Source: Pelagibacteraceae bacterium (GTDB lineage: Bacteria > Pseudomonadota > Alphaproteobacteria > HIMB59). Taken from it: a stretch of DNA of 64,000 nt. The stretch lies in NCBI GenBank assembly GCA_019651435.1, contig BOYI01000003.1:30945-94944 (forward strand), read 5' to 3'. Made by a program: the position numbers and the translations under genes. Positions 1 to 11,567 of the stretch are shown here, piece after piece (the stretch's first letter is position 1; each line of letters opens with the position of its first letter). The notes beneath the pieces are model-generated. The model was not told the origin of the DNA. It made no database searches and saw only the letters and a program-made list of their open reading frames with translations.

Positions 1-219
1 AGTATCCTTTGGCATAAAAGACCATTTTAATCCTGTAGAAAATCCAGCTCCTCCTCTTCCTCGAAGCTGACTAGATTTTACCAATTCAATAACATCATTT
101 TGACTTTTGGATAAAATTTCTTTGGTGTTAGACCAAGATCCCCTTTTTTTGGCACCCTCTAAGAAGGCATCTTCAAATCCATGAAGATTTTGAAAAATTT
201 TATCTTGATCGCTAAGCAT
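1..219 (-). CDS. nuoF: NADH-quinone oxidoreductase subunit F (5' part, runs off window)
   Basis: Manual translation from ATG at 219: [14 protein letters not shown]...[20 protein letters not shown] (NuoF FMN/NADH-binding Gly-rich motif); follows nuoE. Confidence 0.92.
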   Translation of the reverse strand, partial: MLSDQDKIFQNLHGFEDAFLEGAKKRGSWSNTKEILSKSQNDVIELVKSSQLRGRGGAGFSTGLKWSFMPKDT

Positions 220-799
220 TTTCAGAACTCTTTCTTCCCTTTTGGGAGCCAATTTTATTTGGAATATTATTTTTAATATTTTCTATGATTTGTTTTGTCG
301 ACTCTTGATCGAGATCTTCATAAAAATCATTATTAATTTGTATCATAGGTCCATTTGAACATGCGCCTAAACACTCAACTTCAACAACAGTAAATAAATT
401 ATCTTCACTCGTTTCATTAATTCCGCATTTAGCTTCTTTGCAAATTGTATCTGTTATTTTATCCGAACCTCTTAGCCAACACGGTGAGGTTCGACAAACT
501 TGAATTAAGTTTTTACCAACAGGTTGCGAATTATACATTGAATAAAAAGATGCCACTTCTGTAACTCTTATCTTCGGCATTTGAAGTGTATCAGCAATTG
601 CCTCAATACATTCTATACTAACCCAATTTTTATTTTGTTCCTGGGCCAAATAAAGTAATGGCATAACAGCACTTTGCTTACGTTCTTTTGGGTATTTTGA
701 AATAATTTTTTTAATTTCTTTTAAATTTTCTTTTGACCATTCAAATTTTTCACCTGAACGAATAAAATTATTTGATAAACCCGGATGATTACCACTCAT
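212..799 (-). CDS. nuoE: NADH-quinone oxidoreductase subunit E
   Basis: [2Fe-2S] motif [11 protein letters not shown]...VECLGAC; position in nuo operon. Confidence 0.95.
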   Translation of the reverse strand: MSGNHPGLSNNFIRSGEKFEWSKENLKEIKKIISKYPKERKQSAVMPLLYLAQEQNKNWVSIECIEAIADTLQMPKIRVTEVASFYSMYNSQPVGKNLIQVCRTSPCWLRGSDKITDTICKEAKCGINETSEDNLFTVVEVECLGACSNGPMIQINNDFYEDLDQESTKQIIENIKNNIPNKIGSQKGRKSSENA

Positions 800-1970
800 C
801 GATCAATTTCTCCAAAAACAATATCAAGACTTCCCAAAATTGAAGGAACATCAGCTAATTGATGACCTTGAGATAAGAAGTGTAAAGCTTGAAGATGAGG
901 GAAGCCAGGAGCCCTTAATTTACATCTATAAGGTTTAGAGCTTCCATCAGAAACAAGAACAACACCAAACTCTCCTTTAGGAGCCTCAACTGCACGGTAG
1001 GTAATACCTTCAGGTACACGATAACCCTCAGTGAAAAGTTTGAAATGATGAATAATTGCCTCCATTGAGTTTTTCATCTCAGATCTTTTTGGTGGAGTGA
1101 TCTTGTTATTCTCAACCATCACAGCGCCTGTTGGTATTTGGTTAATACACTGAAGAATAATTTTTACAGACTCTCTCATTTCCTCCATACGTACTAAATA
1201 ACGATCATATGTATCTCCTGTCTTTCCAACAGGAATGGAAAAATTTACTTTATCGTAAACATCATAAGGTTGGGATTTTCTTAGATCCCACGCAACACCA
1301 CTTGCACGTAGAACAGGACCACTACAACTTAATCTTACAGCATCTTCTTTGCTCAAAATTCCTATATCAACCGAGCGTTGTTTGAAAATTCTGTTTTCTG
1401 TTAGCAGTTCTTCGAGTGTATCAATGAATTTTGGAAAATTTTCAAAATAAACTTTCATTTTTTCTAAAAGACCATCGGGTAAATCTTGATGAACACCACC
1501 AGGTCTAAAATAAGCAGCATGGAAACGAGCACCAGAAACAGCCTCATGAAACTCCAACATTTTTTCTCTTTCTTCAAATGCCCAAAGCATTGGTGTTGCC
1601 GCCCCAATATCCATGGCGAATGCAGGAATATTAAGTAAGTGATTTAAAATTCTTGTTACTTCAGCAAACATGACACGAATATATTGTGCCCTTTCAGGTG
1701 CCTGAATATTTAAAAGATCCTCTACGGCAATTGCAAAAGCATGCTCTTGACACATTGGTGATACATAATCAAGTCGATCAAAATACGGGATGGCCTGAGT
1801 ATAGGTTTTTTGCTCAATAAGTTTTTCTGTACCTCTATGCAATAATCCAATATGAGGTTCTGCTTTATTAACGACTTCCCTTCTAGTTGAACAAGTAATC
1901 GAAGAACTCCATGAGCAGCTGGATGCTGTGGACCAAAGTTTAGAGTTACAGGTTTAAAATTTTCAGACAT
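796..1970 (-). CDS. nuoD: NADH-quinone oxidoreductase subunit D (one apparent frameshift near 1880)
   Basis: N-terminal [16 protein letters not shown] in ORF 1722-2015 joins HRGTEKL...DIVFGEIDR in ORF 796-1842. Confidence 0.95.
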
Positions 1971-2562
1971 TATTTTTTTAATTCTTCTTGAATAGTTTCT
2001 TTCATACCTTCCCAAGGACTTTCATTGTCGAAGTCTCTAAACTCTTGTTTTAAACTAACTGGTTCATACACAACTTTTTTAGATTTTCATCGTAGCGAAC
2101 CTCTTCATATCCAGTTAAAGGAAAGTCTTTTCTTAAAGGATGACCTTGAAAATTATAGTCATTCATTAATCTTTGAAGATTAGGATGGTTTTTAAATTTA
2201 ATACCAAAAAGGTCATAGCATTCTCTCTCATACCAATCGGCACACTCAAAAATTTGTGTTATTGAGTCGATATTTAAATCTTCCTCTGAAATATTAGTAA
2301 AAACAAATAACCTTTTATTAAATTTCAAACTCAGAAAAGTATAAATAAGTGTATAACGCTCATTAGAATATTCTGTTTTAGAAAGAATATTATCAGTCGC
2401 AGTGATATCGACTAATTGCTCATAGAGTAATTCTTCGTCTTCTTTTACTTTTTGAACTACTTCTAATATTGACTCTTTATTAACTAAAATGTTGTCAACA
2501 CCAGATCGAATTGGAAAGTGAAAATTTCCTACTGAATATTTCTGAAGCAAATTGGGAGACAA
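1970..2562 (-). CDS. nuoC: NADH-quinone oxidoreductase subunit C (frameshift near 3' end)
   Basis: [12 protein letters not shown]...[12 protein letters not shown] motif; between nuoB and nuoD. Confidence 0.92.
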
Positions 2563-2565
2563 AAG

Positions 2566-3096
2566 TTACCTATAAATCTTTCTTTTCTTTTTGATCTTGT
2601 CCTGCAATTGCATAATTCCATACAGCAACGCTTCTGCAGTAGGTGGGCAACCTGGAACATAAATATCAACTGGAACAATACGATCACAACCACGAACGAC
2701 AGAATAAGAGTAATGGTAGTAACCTCCACCATTAGCACAAGAACCCATGGAAATAACCCATCTTGGTTCTGGCATTTGGTCATAAACTTTTCGAAGAGCA
2801 GATGCCATTTTATTAGTTAAAGTTCCGGCAACAATCATCACATCTGATTGTCTAGGTGAACCTCTTGGGATCACACCTAATCGATCTAAATCATAACGAC
2901 TCATATAAGAGTGCATCATCTCTACGCCACAACAAGCAAGACCAAAAGTCATTGGCCATAATGACCCTGAACGTGCCCAGTTAATTAAATTTTCAAATGA
3001 AGCAGTAACAAAACCTTTTTTTTCAAAAACTTCATCGATATTTAAAGATGAATTATGTTCGATATTTATTCCCAATCTAAAGCTCCATTCTTCCAT
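2566..3096 (-). CDS. nuoB: NADH-quinone oxidoreductase subunit B
   Basis: [26 protein letters not shown] motifs; exact start uncertain. Confidence 0.95.
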   Translation of the reverse strand: MEEWSFRLGINIEHNSSLNIDEVFEKKGFVTASFENLINWARSGSLWPMTFGLACCGVEMMHSYMSRYDLDRLGVIPRGSPRQSDVMIVAGTLTNKMASALRKVYDQMPEPRWVISMGSCANGGGYYHYSYSVVRGCDRIVPVDIYVPGCPPTAEALLYGIMQLQDKIKKKRKIYR

Positions 3097-3425
3097 TCAT
3101 AAATAAATCCAACAGTTAAAATAAATAAGAAAAACATCATTGAGTAAAAACCTAATGCTCCAATATTTTTTAAACTAACAGCCCATGGAAATAAAAATGC
3201 AATTTCTAAATCAAAAATAATAAAAAGAATTGATACAAGATAAAACTTCACATCAAACTTTGAACGAGCATCATCAAAAGCTTCAAATCCACATTCATAA
3301 GCAGATAGTTTTTCTGAGTCAGGTGAACTAGGTGATAAAATTTTGGAAAGCAAATACATTGCTAAGGCCATGCCCGCACCAATGACAATAAAAATCAAAA
3401 TTAAAATGTAATCAAGGTTGTACAT
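3066..3425 (-). CDS. nuoA: NADH-quinone oxidoreductase subunit A
   Basis: [32 protein letters not shown]; three hydrophobic segments. Confidence 0.95.
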   Translation of the reverse strand: MYNLDYILILIFIVIGAGMALAMYLLSKILSPSSPDSEKLSAYECGFEAFDDARSKFDVKFYLVSILFIIFDLEIAFLFPWAVSLKNIGALGFYSMMFFLFILTVGFIYEWKNGALDWE

Positions 3426-3506
3426 AAAGATATTAATTTAGTTAAAATTGTTGCTTTAACTATTAATAAAATGACGCAACAGGGGGGATTTTTAGGATAC
3501 TAAAAG

Positions 3507-3584
3507 TGGCGGGAGCGACGGGACTCGAACCCGCGACCTCCTGCGTGACAGGCAGGCGTTCTAACCAAACTGAACTACACCCCC
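3507..3584 (-). tRNA. tRNA-Asp (GTC)
   Basis: Reverse complement folds as a cloverleaf: GGGGGTGTAGTTCAG...CCTGC-CTGTCAC-GCAGG...GGTTCGAGTCC...CCA. Confidence 0.95.
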
Positions 3585-3597
3585 GATTAATATCGAA

Positions 3598-3673
3598 TGG
3601 TGGGCGATGACGGACTCGAACCGCCGACCCTCTCGGTGTAAACGAGATGCTCTACCAACTGAGCTAATCGCCC
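3598..3673 (-). tRNA. tRNA-Val (TAC)
   Basis: GGGCGATTAGCTCAG...TCTCG-TTTACAC-CGAGA...GGTTCGAGTCC...CCA. Confidence 0.95.
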
Positions 3674-3688
3674 TATCTAATTCTAAAA

Positions 3689-3970
3689 TTAGACTGTGGA
3701 CTTTATTAGTTCTTTGAGCTGTTTTCCAGCAAGAAATTTTGGCTTTTTTGATGCAGGAATTTGAATTGACTCTCCTGTACGTGGGTTTCTACCAGTCTTA
3801 GCTTTTGTGTTTGCTACTTTAAAAGTACCAAAACCAGCAATCTTCACGTCACCGCCAGCCTTTAAAGTATCTGTGATAATATCAAATAAACTTTCTACAG
3901 CCTTAGTTGCATCTGATTTACCTACGTTATTTTTTGAACTGTATTCAGCAATGAGTTCATTTTTATTCAT
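3689..3970 (-). CDS. hupB: DNA-binding protein HU
   Basis: MNKNELI...GFGTF...GRNPRTGE..IPA; conserved position after lon. Confidence 0.92.
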   Translation of the reverse strand: MNKNELIAEYSSKNNVGKSDATKAVESLFDIITDTLKAGGDVKIAGFGTFKVANTKAKTGRNPRTGESIQIPASKKPKFLAGKQLKELIKSTV

Positions 3971-4040
3971 ACCGAACCTCCTTAGTGATTCTATTAGTTA
4001 ATTGTAGTAAGAAAAAGGTAGGAAAATCAACAATAATATA

Positions 4041-6460
4041 CTAGTTTACGAATGATTTTTCTTGATTTTGCTGGTTTTTTTGTTTCATGGACTCACTTAC
4101 TATATGTCTCCAGTCCAATTTTTTATTGATTTTGCTTATTTTTCCATCCAAAGCAATATCAAAAACCTCTCTAGCAAACTCAACTTTTTTAATAGTTAAT
4201 TTATTTTGAATATCTTTTTGTATTTCAATTAAATCTTTTTCATTATCTTTTGGAATAATGACAGTCTTAATTCCATAACGAATTGCAGCTAATAATTTTT
4301 CTTTTAAACCGCCTATTGGAAGTACTCTACCCTTAAGAGTGATTTCACCTGTCATCGCCACATCTCTTTTTATCTTTATTTCTGTTAGAGATGAAATTAG
4401 AGAAGTAAAAATAGTTATACCTGCACTTGGTCCATCTTTTGGAATAGCACCTTCAGGTACATGTAAATGGATATCTATTTTATCAAAAACCTTAGGATTG
4501 ACACCAAATTCAACAGAATTTGATTTTATATAACCAAGAGCTGCTGTAATAGACTCTTTCATAACATCACCTAGTTTACCAGTAGCATGGATCATGCCCT
4601 TACCTGATGATAGGTTAACCTCAATATTAAGAATATCTCCGCCAACTTGAGTCCAAGCTAAGCCATTAGTAATTCCGACCAAGTTTTTCTTTTCTAAGAC
4701 ACTATCTTTGAATTTTTCTGGGCCTAAAAACTTTTTAAGAGATTTGTCATCAAAAATAAATGGCTTTTTTGATCGAGATTTATTTTTTTCTAATTGGAAA
4801 ACTAATTTTCTAAATAATTTATCAAAAACTTTCTCTAAACCTCTTACTCCTGACTCCCTAGTATAATGTCTTACAACTTTTGTAACAGCGTTACGGTCTA
4901 ATTTAAATTCATGATGACTTCAAAATATTTTTATTCATTTTTCTAGGAATTAAATATTTTTTAGCAATTTCAATTTTTTCTTTTTCTGTATAGCCAGATA
5001 CTTCAATAACCTCTAATCTATCAAGAAGAGGTCCAGGAATATTGTAAGTATTACCCGTGCAAATGAACATTACATTTGATAAGTCATAGTCAACTTCTAG
5101 GTAATGATCATTAAACTGATTGTTTTGCTCTGGATCTAGAACTTCTAATAAGAGCTGATGATGGGTCTCCCCTCCAATCATTACCCAGCTTATCTATTTC
5201 ATCTAATAGTATAATGGGATTGGATGTTTTAGTTTTCTTCATAGCTTGAATAAACCTACCAGGCATTGAGCCAATATAAGTTCTACGATGGCCTCTAATT
5301 TCAGCTTCATCTCTAATTCCGCCAAGAGAAATTTTAGCAAACTCTCTACCTGTTGCTCTAGCAATGGACTTACCAAGTGATGTCTTACCAACACCTGGGG
5401 GGCCTACAAAACATAAAATTGTTCCTGTTGCTTTTTTGGATCTTTTTTTCACAGCTAAAAATTCTAAAATTCTTTCTTTAACTTTTTCTAAACCATAATG
5501 GTCTTGATTTAAAATTTTTTCAGCAGAGGATATATCAATAACTTCTTTTGAAAAGTTCTCCCAAGGAATATCTAAAAGCCACTCTAAGATAGTTTCTTAT
5601 TACTGATGCTTCAGCTGACATAGGGCTCATTGATTTTAATTTTTTAAATTCATTAAGAGCTTTGTCTTTAGCTTCTTTTGATAGTTTTACTTCGTTAATC
5701 TTTTTTTCAATTTCTGAGTATTCATTGGAGCCATCTTCTCCATCTCCTAATTCTTTTTGGATAGCTTTCATTTGTTCATTGAGATAGTACTCCCGTTGAG
5801 TTTTTTCCATTTGTCGTTTTACTCTATTTTTAATTTTTTTCTCAAGTGCTGAAAAATTTAATTCTTTTGAGAAGAAATTTAATAGATTTTGAATTTTTTT
5901 ATTAATGTCAAAAATTTCTAAATTTTTTTGTTTATCTTCAATACTCACATTTAAATTATAATAAACATTGTCAATAAATTGATAAGGGTCATCAATATTT
6001 AGAAGACCTTCAAGAATATCATTATTATTTCCTATATTTTGAATATAGTTTTGAAATTCATTTTTAAAACTCTCAAAGAAGCCTTTAACTCAACAGAATT
6101 CTTTTTACTAACTGTAACTGGTTCGAGTTTTGCTGTAAGGAAATTATTTGTAGCTTTAACAGCTGATTTTATTTTTACGATTTCTAGTCCTTCGGTTAAA
6201 ACTTTATAAGTATTGTCTGGTAATTTTAAAAATTGAATAATTTTAGATTTAACACCATACGCAAATACATCATTCACTTGAGGATCATCTGTAGTAGGTT
6301 CTTTTTGGGTAAATAGATAAATAATCTTTTCATTATTATTCATAGCATAGTTAATTGCATCAATAGATTTAGCTCTTCCTACAAAAAGTGGTGATGTTAT
6401 TGAAGGATAAACTACTAAATCTCTTAGAGGTAAAATAGGTCCGACGATTTGATTTTCCAT
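4041..6460 (-). CDS. lon: ATP-dependent Lon protease (several apparent frameshifts)
   Basis: Fragments give N-domain [10 protein letters not shown], Walker [17 protein letters not shown] and protease motif PKDGPSAG...GGLKEK. Confidence 0.95.
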
Positions 6461-6494
6461 ACTATAAAGATAGTGAGGAATTTCTAATTTTCAC

Positions 6495-7728
6495 CTACTT
6501 TTTTTTTAATTTTTTCTTTTTCTTTGTAGACAATAATTGGTTTGTTTGCTACGACCGCGTCTTTATTTAAGACAACCTTATCCACAGAATCTTTATCTGG
6601 GATATCATACATACATTCCAACAAAAGCTTTTCCATAATAGATCTAGACCCCTGCCCCTATTTTCTTATCAACCGCGAGTTGAGCTATTTGTTCACGCCC
6701 ATCATCAGTTATTTCAAATTCCACTCCTTCAAAAGAAAAAGGGCTTTATATTGTTTTGAAATAGCATTTTTAGGTTTAGTTAAAATTTCTTTTAAATCCT
6801 CTAACTTAAGCTCATCTAAACTTGCACTTACAGGGAGTCGTCCAACTAATTCTGGAATAAGACCAAATTTAATTAAGTCATCATTTTCTAACTGTGAAGT
6901 CATAGGAACATCTTGATTAATTGATTTATTGAAACCAATAGACTTCTTATTAATTCTATTTTTAATGATTTTATCAATTCCTTCAAAGGCACCACCGCAA
7001 ACAAATAAAATATTTTTAGTATCAACTTGAAGAAATTCTTGTTGAGGATGTTTCTTCCACCTTGAGGAGGAACGCTTGCTGTAGTTCCTTCAATAATTTT
7101 TAATAATGCTTGTTGTACGCCCTCTCCCGATACATCTCGAGTAATTGATGGTTTTCGCTCTTTCTTCCAACCTTATCTATTTCATCTATATAAACGATAC
7201 CTTTTTGAGCCAAGTTCACATCATAATCACATTGTTGAGTAGTCTTAAAATTATATTTTCAACATCTTCCCCAACATAGCCAGCCTCAGTTAATGTAGTA
7301 GCATCAGCAATAGTAAAAGGAACGTTTAAAAATTTTGCAAGAGTTTGTGCTAATAATGTTTTACCACAACCCGTGGACCAATTAATAGGATATTAGATTT
7401 TGAAATTTCAACATCCTTAGAGGGATTCTGGACTCTTTTATAATGATTATAAACAGAGACAGATAAAATTTTCTTCGCATGGTCTTGTCCAATAATGTGA
7501 TCATCTAAATAATTAAAAATTTCACTTGGTTTTGGAATTTCAAAACTTTTTTTCGTATCAATTTTATCATCCTCGACAAGGATATCTTTACATAGACTAC
7601 ACATTCATTACAGATATAAACATTTGGACCAGCTATTAGTTTTTTACTTCTTCTTGGCTTTTTCCACAAAAAGAGCAGGATATTTTTTTATCTGAGTTTC
7701 CAGCTGAAGTGATTTTATCGTCTGCCAT
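6495..7728 (-). CDS. clpX: ATP-dependent Clp protease ATP-binding subunit ClpX (frameshifted)
   Basis: Zn-finger CSFCGK...[41 protein letters not shown]. Confidence 0.93.
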
Positions 7729-8315
7729 TATTTATCTTCTCTGTTTGTGATGACTTTGTCAATTAATCCAAATTTAAGAGCCTCCTCAGGATCAAAAATC
7801 TGTCTCTTTCCATCGCTTTTTCAATTTCGTTAATACTAATATTAGTATGCTTTTGATAAATTTCATTAAGTCTTTTTTTTGTTTTTAATATTTCTTCAGC
7901 ATGGATTTTAATGTCAGTTGCTTGACCTGAAAACCACCGAGGGTTGATGAATCATAATTTTTGCATGAGGGAGAGCATATCGATGACCTGATTTACCCGA
8001 AGCTAGAATTAAAGAACCAGCTGAGGATGCCTGACCGATGCATACTGTATGCACAGGACATCGGATATATTGAATAGTATCGTACATAGCTAATCCAGCA
8101 GTCACAAGACCACCGGGTGAATTAATGTAAAGACTAATTGGTTCTTCAGGATTTTCAGACTCTAAAAAAAGTAATTGAGCACAAATTAAAGAAGCAGTTT
8201 GGTCATCAATTGGACCAGTTAAAAAGATAATTCTTTCTCTTAGTAAACGGGAGAAGATATCAAAGGATCTTTCTCCTTTACCAGATTGTTCAATTACTAT
8301 TGGAACTAGGTTCAT
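7728..8315 (-). CDS. clpP: ATP-dependent Clp protease proteolytic subunit (frameshifted near 3' end)
   Basis: [35 protein letters not shown]. Confidence 0.95.
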
Positions 8316-9516
8316 GATTATGGGATCCTTTTTTCATCATCTCCTCTAAACTTAACTTAGTTTCTTTAATTTTAAAAGTTTTCATAGAGCGATCTGCGAT
8401 TTTATTTCTTAAGAGAGTACCGTAAGCTGTTTCTGCTGCTCTTTGATCTACTTTTTCACCATAATATTTTTGAATGTGCTCCTGGAGTTCTTTTTGCTCC
8501 ACTTTTACATCTAAATATTTTATCAATTCTGAAAAAATAAGATCTTTTTGAATATTATCACTAGTCATCTTTTTTAAATTATCTACTCGCTCTTTATGCT
8601 CGTCTTTTAAAGTAGTAATATCAACTTGGTATTTTCTTTTTAGTTCTAAATTCACAACTTCATCATGAATGTCTATTTTCTTTTTTTCAGTAAGAACTTT
8701 TAATAAGCTTTCAATAAAAAACTCTTTTTGAAGGTAATTAACATCTTCTTTCAGTTTTTCAGATATTTTAGTATTAAGGTCTTTTACAGAGTCTAGTTTT
8801 AGAATTTTTATTAATTCATCATCATTTTTTGGATAAATCTTTTTATTTATGTCTTTGATTTTTCCATCAATTTGAACTTCTTTTGTAGTAATTGAAAAGT
8901 CAGATTTATTCTTAATTTTTACTAGAGCCTTTTTAAGATCTAAAAAAGTTTGTTCTTTTGTTTGTGTATTTAGATCAATTCTAACATCTTTTTGAGAGAA
9001 GATTTTTTTTTGTTCTTCTTCAAAATTAGTAACTTCAAAATCAATAACTGAATTTTCATCTGACTCTTCTATTGATTCTAATGAATAATACTCTTTTCTT
9101 ACCTTTTCTCTAAATTCATCAATATCTTTATCTTTAACTTCAGCAGTGATGTTTTCAATTTCAGAGTCTTTAAGATCATCTATTTTTAATTCAGGTCTTA
9201 AAAAATAGGATAAAGAGAAATTATAATTATCTTTAAATTCTATTTCAGGTTGAATTAAAGATTGTAACTTTTCCTTTTCACCTATTTCAGCAATGTTTTT
9301 AGATATCTCTTCATTTAAAACTTCGTTTTCCACTTCTTGTCCGATTTTAGATTTAATAATATTCAAAGGAACTTTTCCTTTTCGAAAACCAGCTATTTCA
9401 AAGGTGGGTTGTTTTTCATTAATCTTTTGATCGATAATTTTACCTATAGCTTCTTGATCTAAAGATACCTCAAATGAGGATTTATGATTTTTTGTTTCTA
9501 TGTTTTTATATTGCAT
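8290..9516 (-). CDS. tig: Trigger factor (divergent)
   Basis: Ribosome-binding signature GFRKGKVP; conserved tRNA-Leu-tig-clpP-clpX order. Confidence 0.88.
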   Translation of the reverse strand: MQYKNIETKNHKSSFEVSLDQEAIGKIIDQKINEKQPTFEIAGFRKGKVPLNIIKSKIGQEVENEVLNEEISKNIAEIGEKEKLQSLIQPEIEFKDNYNFSLSYFLRPELKIDDLKDSEIENITAEVKDKDIDEFREKVRKEYYSLESIEESDENSVIDFEVTNFEEEQKKIFSQKDVRIDLNTQTKEQTFLDLKKALVKIKNKSDFSITTKEVQIDGKIKDINKKIYPKNDDELIKILKLDSVKDLNTKISEKLKEDVNYLQKEFFIESLLKVLTEKKKIDIHDEVVNLELKRKYQVDITTLKDEHKERVDNLKKMTSDNIQKDLIFSELIKYLDVKVEQKELQEHIQKYYGEKVDQRAAETAYGTLLRNKIADRSMKTFKIKETKLSLEEMMKKGSHNHEPSSNSN

Positions 9517-9531
9517 ATTATTACAGTTTTA

Positions 9532-9615
9532 TGGTGCGCCAGGAGGGACTTGAACCCCCACGAGTTGCCTCGCTGGTACCTAAAACCAGTGCGTCTACCA
9601 TTCCGCCACTGGCGC
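9532..9615 (-). tRNA. tRNA-Leu (TAG)
   Basis: GCGCCAGTGGCGGAATGGTAGACGC, anticodon arm CTGGT-TTTAGGT-ACCAG, long variable arm, CCA end. Confidence 0.93.
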
Positions 9616-9624
9616 TTATAAAGT

Positions 9625-9702
9625 TGGGGCGAGTAAGGGGACTTGAACCCCCGACCTCCGGTACCACAAACCGGCGCTCTAACCAGCTGAGCTACACCCG
9701 CC
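9625..9702 (-). tRNA. tRNA-His (GTG), with encoded G-1:C73
   Basis: GGCGGGTGTAGCTCAG...CCGGT-TTGTGGT-ACCGG...TACTCGC-C-CCA. Confidence 0.93.
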
Positions 9703-9729
9703 AAAAATTAGCATTAATTTATAGTATAG

Positions 9730-10107
<378 letters not shown>

Positions 10108-10151
10108 CTTTATCTATCACACTACCATAAAAAATTTAGGAGTATTTTAAT

Positions 10152-11567
10152 ATGGATAAAAAATCATTACAAAAACTTATTGACGAAAAAGGTATTCAGT
10201 ATATCGACTTTCGTTTTACAGACCCACTAGGAACTTGGCACCACTTTTCAGTTCATATCAACACATTTGAAATGGACGTTTTTGAAGAAGGTATTGGTTT
10301 TGATGGTTCTTCAATTAGATGTTTTCAGTCAATCGAAGCAAGTGATATGATCTTGATTCCTGATGCTGGAACTGCTTTCGTTGATCCCTTTTTTACAGAT
10401 CCTACATTAGTTTTAATTTGTGATATTCAAGATCCTATCACTGGTCAAAAATATGACAAAGACCCAAGGTATGTTGCAAAAAAAGCAGAAGAATACGTAA
10501 AATCATCAGGTGTTGGTGATAGTATTTTCTTTGGTGCTGAAGCAGAGTTTTTCTTATTTAATGACGTTAGAATATCAACAGATCCAAGTAATTCTTTCTT
10601 CTCAGTTGACTCGGGTGAAGCCATTTGGAACAAAGGTTCAGATGAAAGACCTAATTTAGGATATCACGTCAGAAATAAAGGTGGTTATTTCCCTTGCCCA
10701 CCTCACGACACAATGCAAGACGTTAGATCAGAAATGGTCAATCATATGGTTTCAATTGGAATGAAAGTTGAAGCCCAACATCATGAGGTAGCAACGGCTG
10801 GTCAACAAGAAATTGATTTAAGATTTGATACGCTACTTTCTCACGCTGATGATCTTCAAAAGTATAAGTATGTTGTAAGGAATACTGCTAAGAGCAATGG
10901 TTTATCTGCAACATTTATGCCGAAACCTTTATCTAATGACAACGGTTCTGGTATGCACTGCCATCAAAGTATTTGGTCAAATGGAAAGCCAATTTTCTAT
11001 GCAGACAGCGGTTATGCAAACTTAAGCGATGAGGCGAAATTTTATATTGGAGGTCTTTTAAAGCATGCTCCTTCTTTGCTAGCATTCACTAACCCAACAA
11101 TTAACTCATTCAAGAGATTAGTCCCTGGGTATGAAGCTCCTGTGAAACTAGCTTACTCTAACAGAAACAGAAGTGCGATTTGTCGTATTCCTGCTTACTC
11201 TCCTTCTCCAAAAGCAAAAAGAGTCGAGTTTAGATGTCCAGATGCTACAGCTAATCCGTATTTAGCTTTCTCTGCAATGGTAATGGCTGGTTTAGATGGT
11301 ATCAAGAATAGAATTGATCCAGGAGAACCAATGGATAAAAATCTTTATGATTTACCACCTGAAGAGCAAGCTAAAGTAAAAGAAGTTCCATCTTCTCTTG
11401 AAGAAGCGGTCAATAATTTAGAAGCTAATCATGACTATCTTCTTGAAGGAAACGTATTTACCAAAGACCTAATCGAGTCTTATATCGAATATAAAAGAGA
11501 AGAAGAGATCGAACCAAACAAACTCCTAGTTACTCCTAAAGAGTACGATCTCTACTACGATTATTAA
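10152..11567 (+). CDS. glnA: Type I glutamine synthetase (GSI-beta)
   Basis: FDGSSI, HHEVATAGQ, NGSGMHCHQS, RNRSA, adenylylation site KNLYDLPPE. Confidence 0.96.
   Translation: MDKKSLQKLIDEKGIQYIDFRFTDPLGTWHHFSVHINTFEMDVFEEGIGFDGSSIRCFQSIEASDMILIPDAGTAFVDPFFTDPTLVLICDIQDPITGQKYDKDPRYVAKKAEEYVKSSGVGDSIFFGAEAEFFLFNDVRISTDPSNSFFSVDSGEAIWNKGSDERPNLGYHVRNKGGYFPCPPHDTMQDVRSEMVNHMVSIGMKVEAQHHEVATAGQQEIDLRFDTLLSHADDLQKYKYVVRNTAKSNGLSATFMPKPLSNDNGSGMHCHQSIWSNGKPIFYADSGYANLSDEAKFYIGGLLKHAPSLLAFTNPTINSFKRLVPGYEAPVKLAYSNRNRSAICRIPAYSPSPKAKRVEFRCPDATANPYLAFSAMVMAGLDGIKNRIDPGEPMDKNLYDLPPEEQAKVKEVPSSLEEAVNNLEANHDYLLEGNVFTKDLIESYIEYKREEEIEPNKLLVTPKEYDLYYDY

Noticed and set aside
3507-9702. tRNA genes as integration sites for an island or prophage
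   Set aside because: No integrase, no duplicated tRNA 3' ends seen, and the flanking genes are in conserved housekeeping order.
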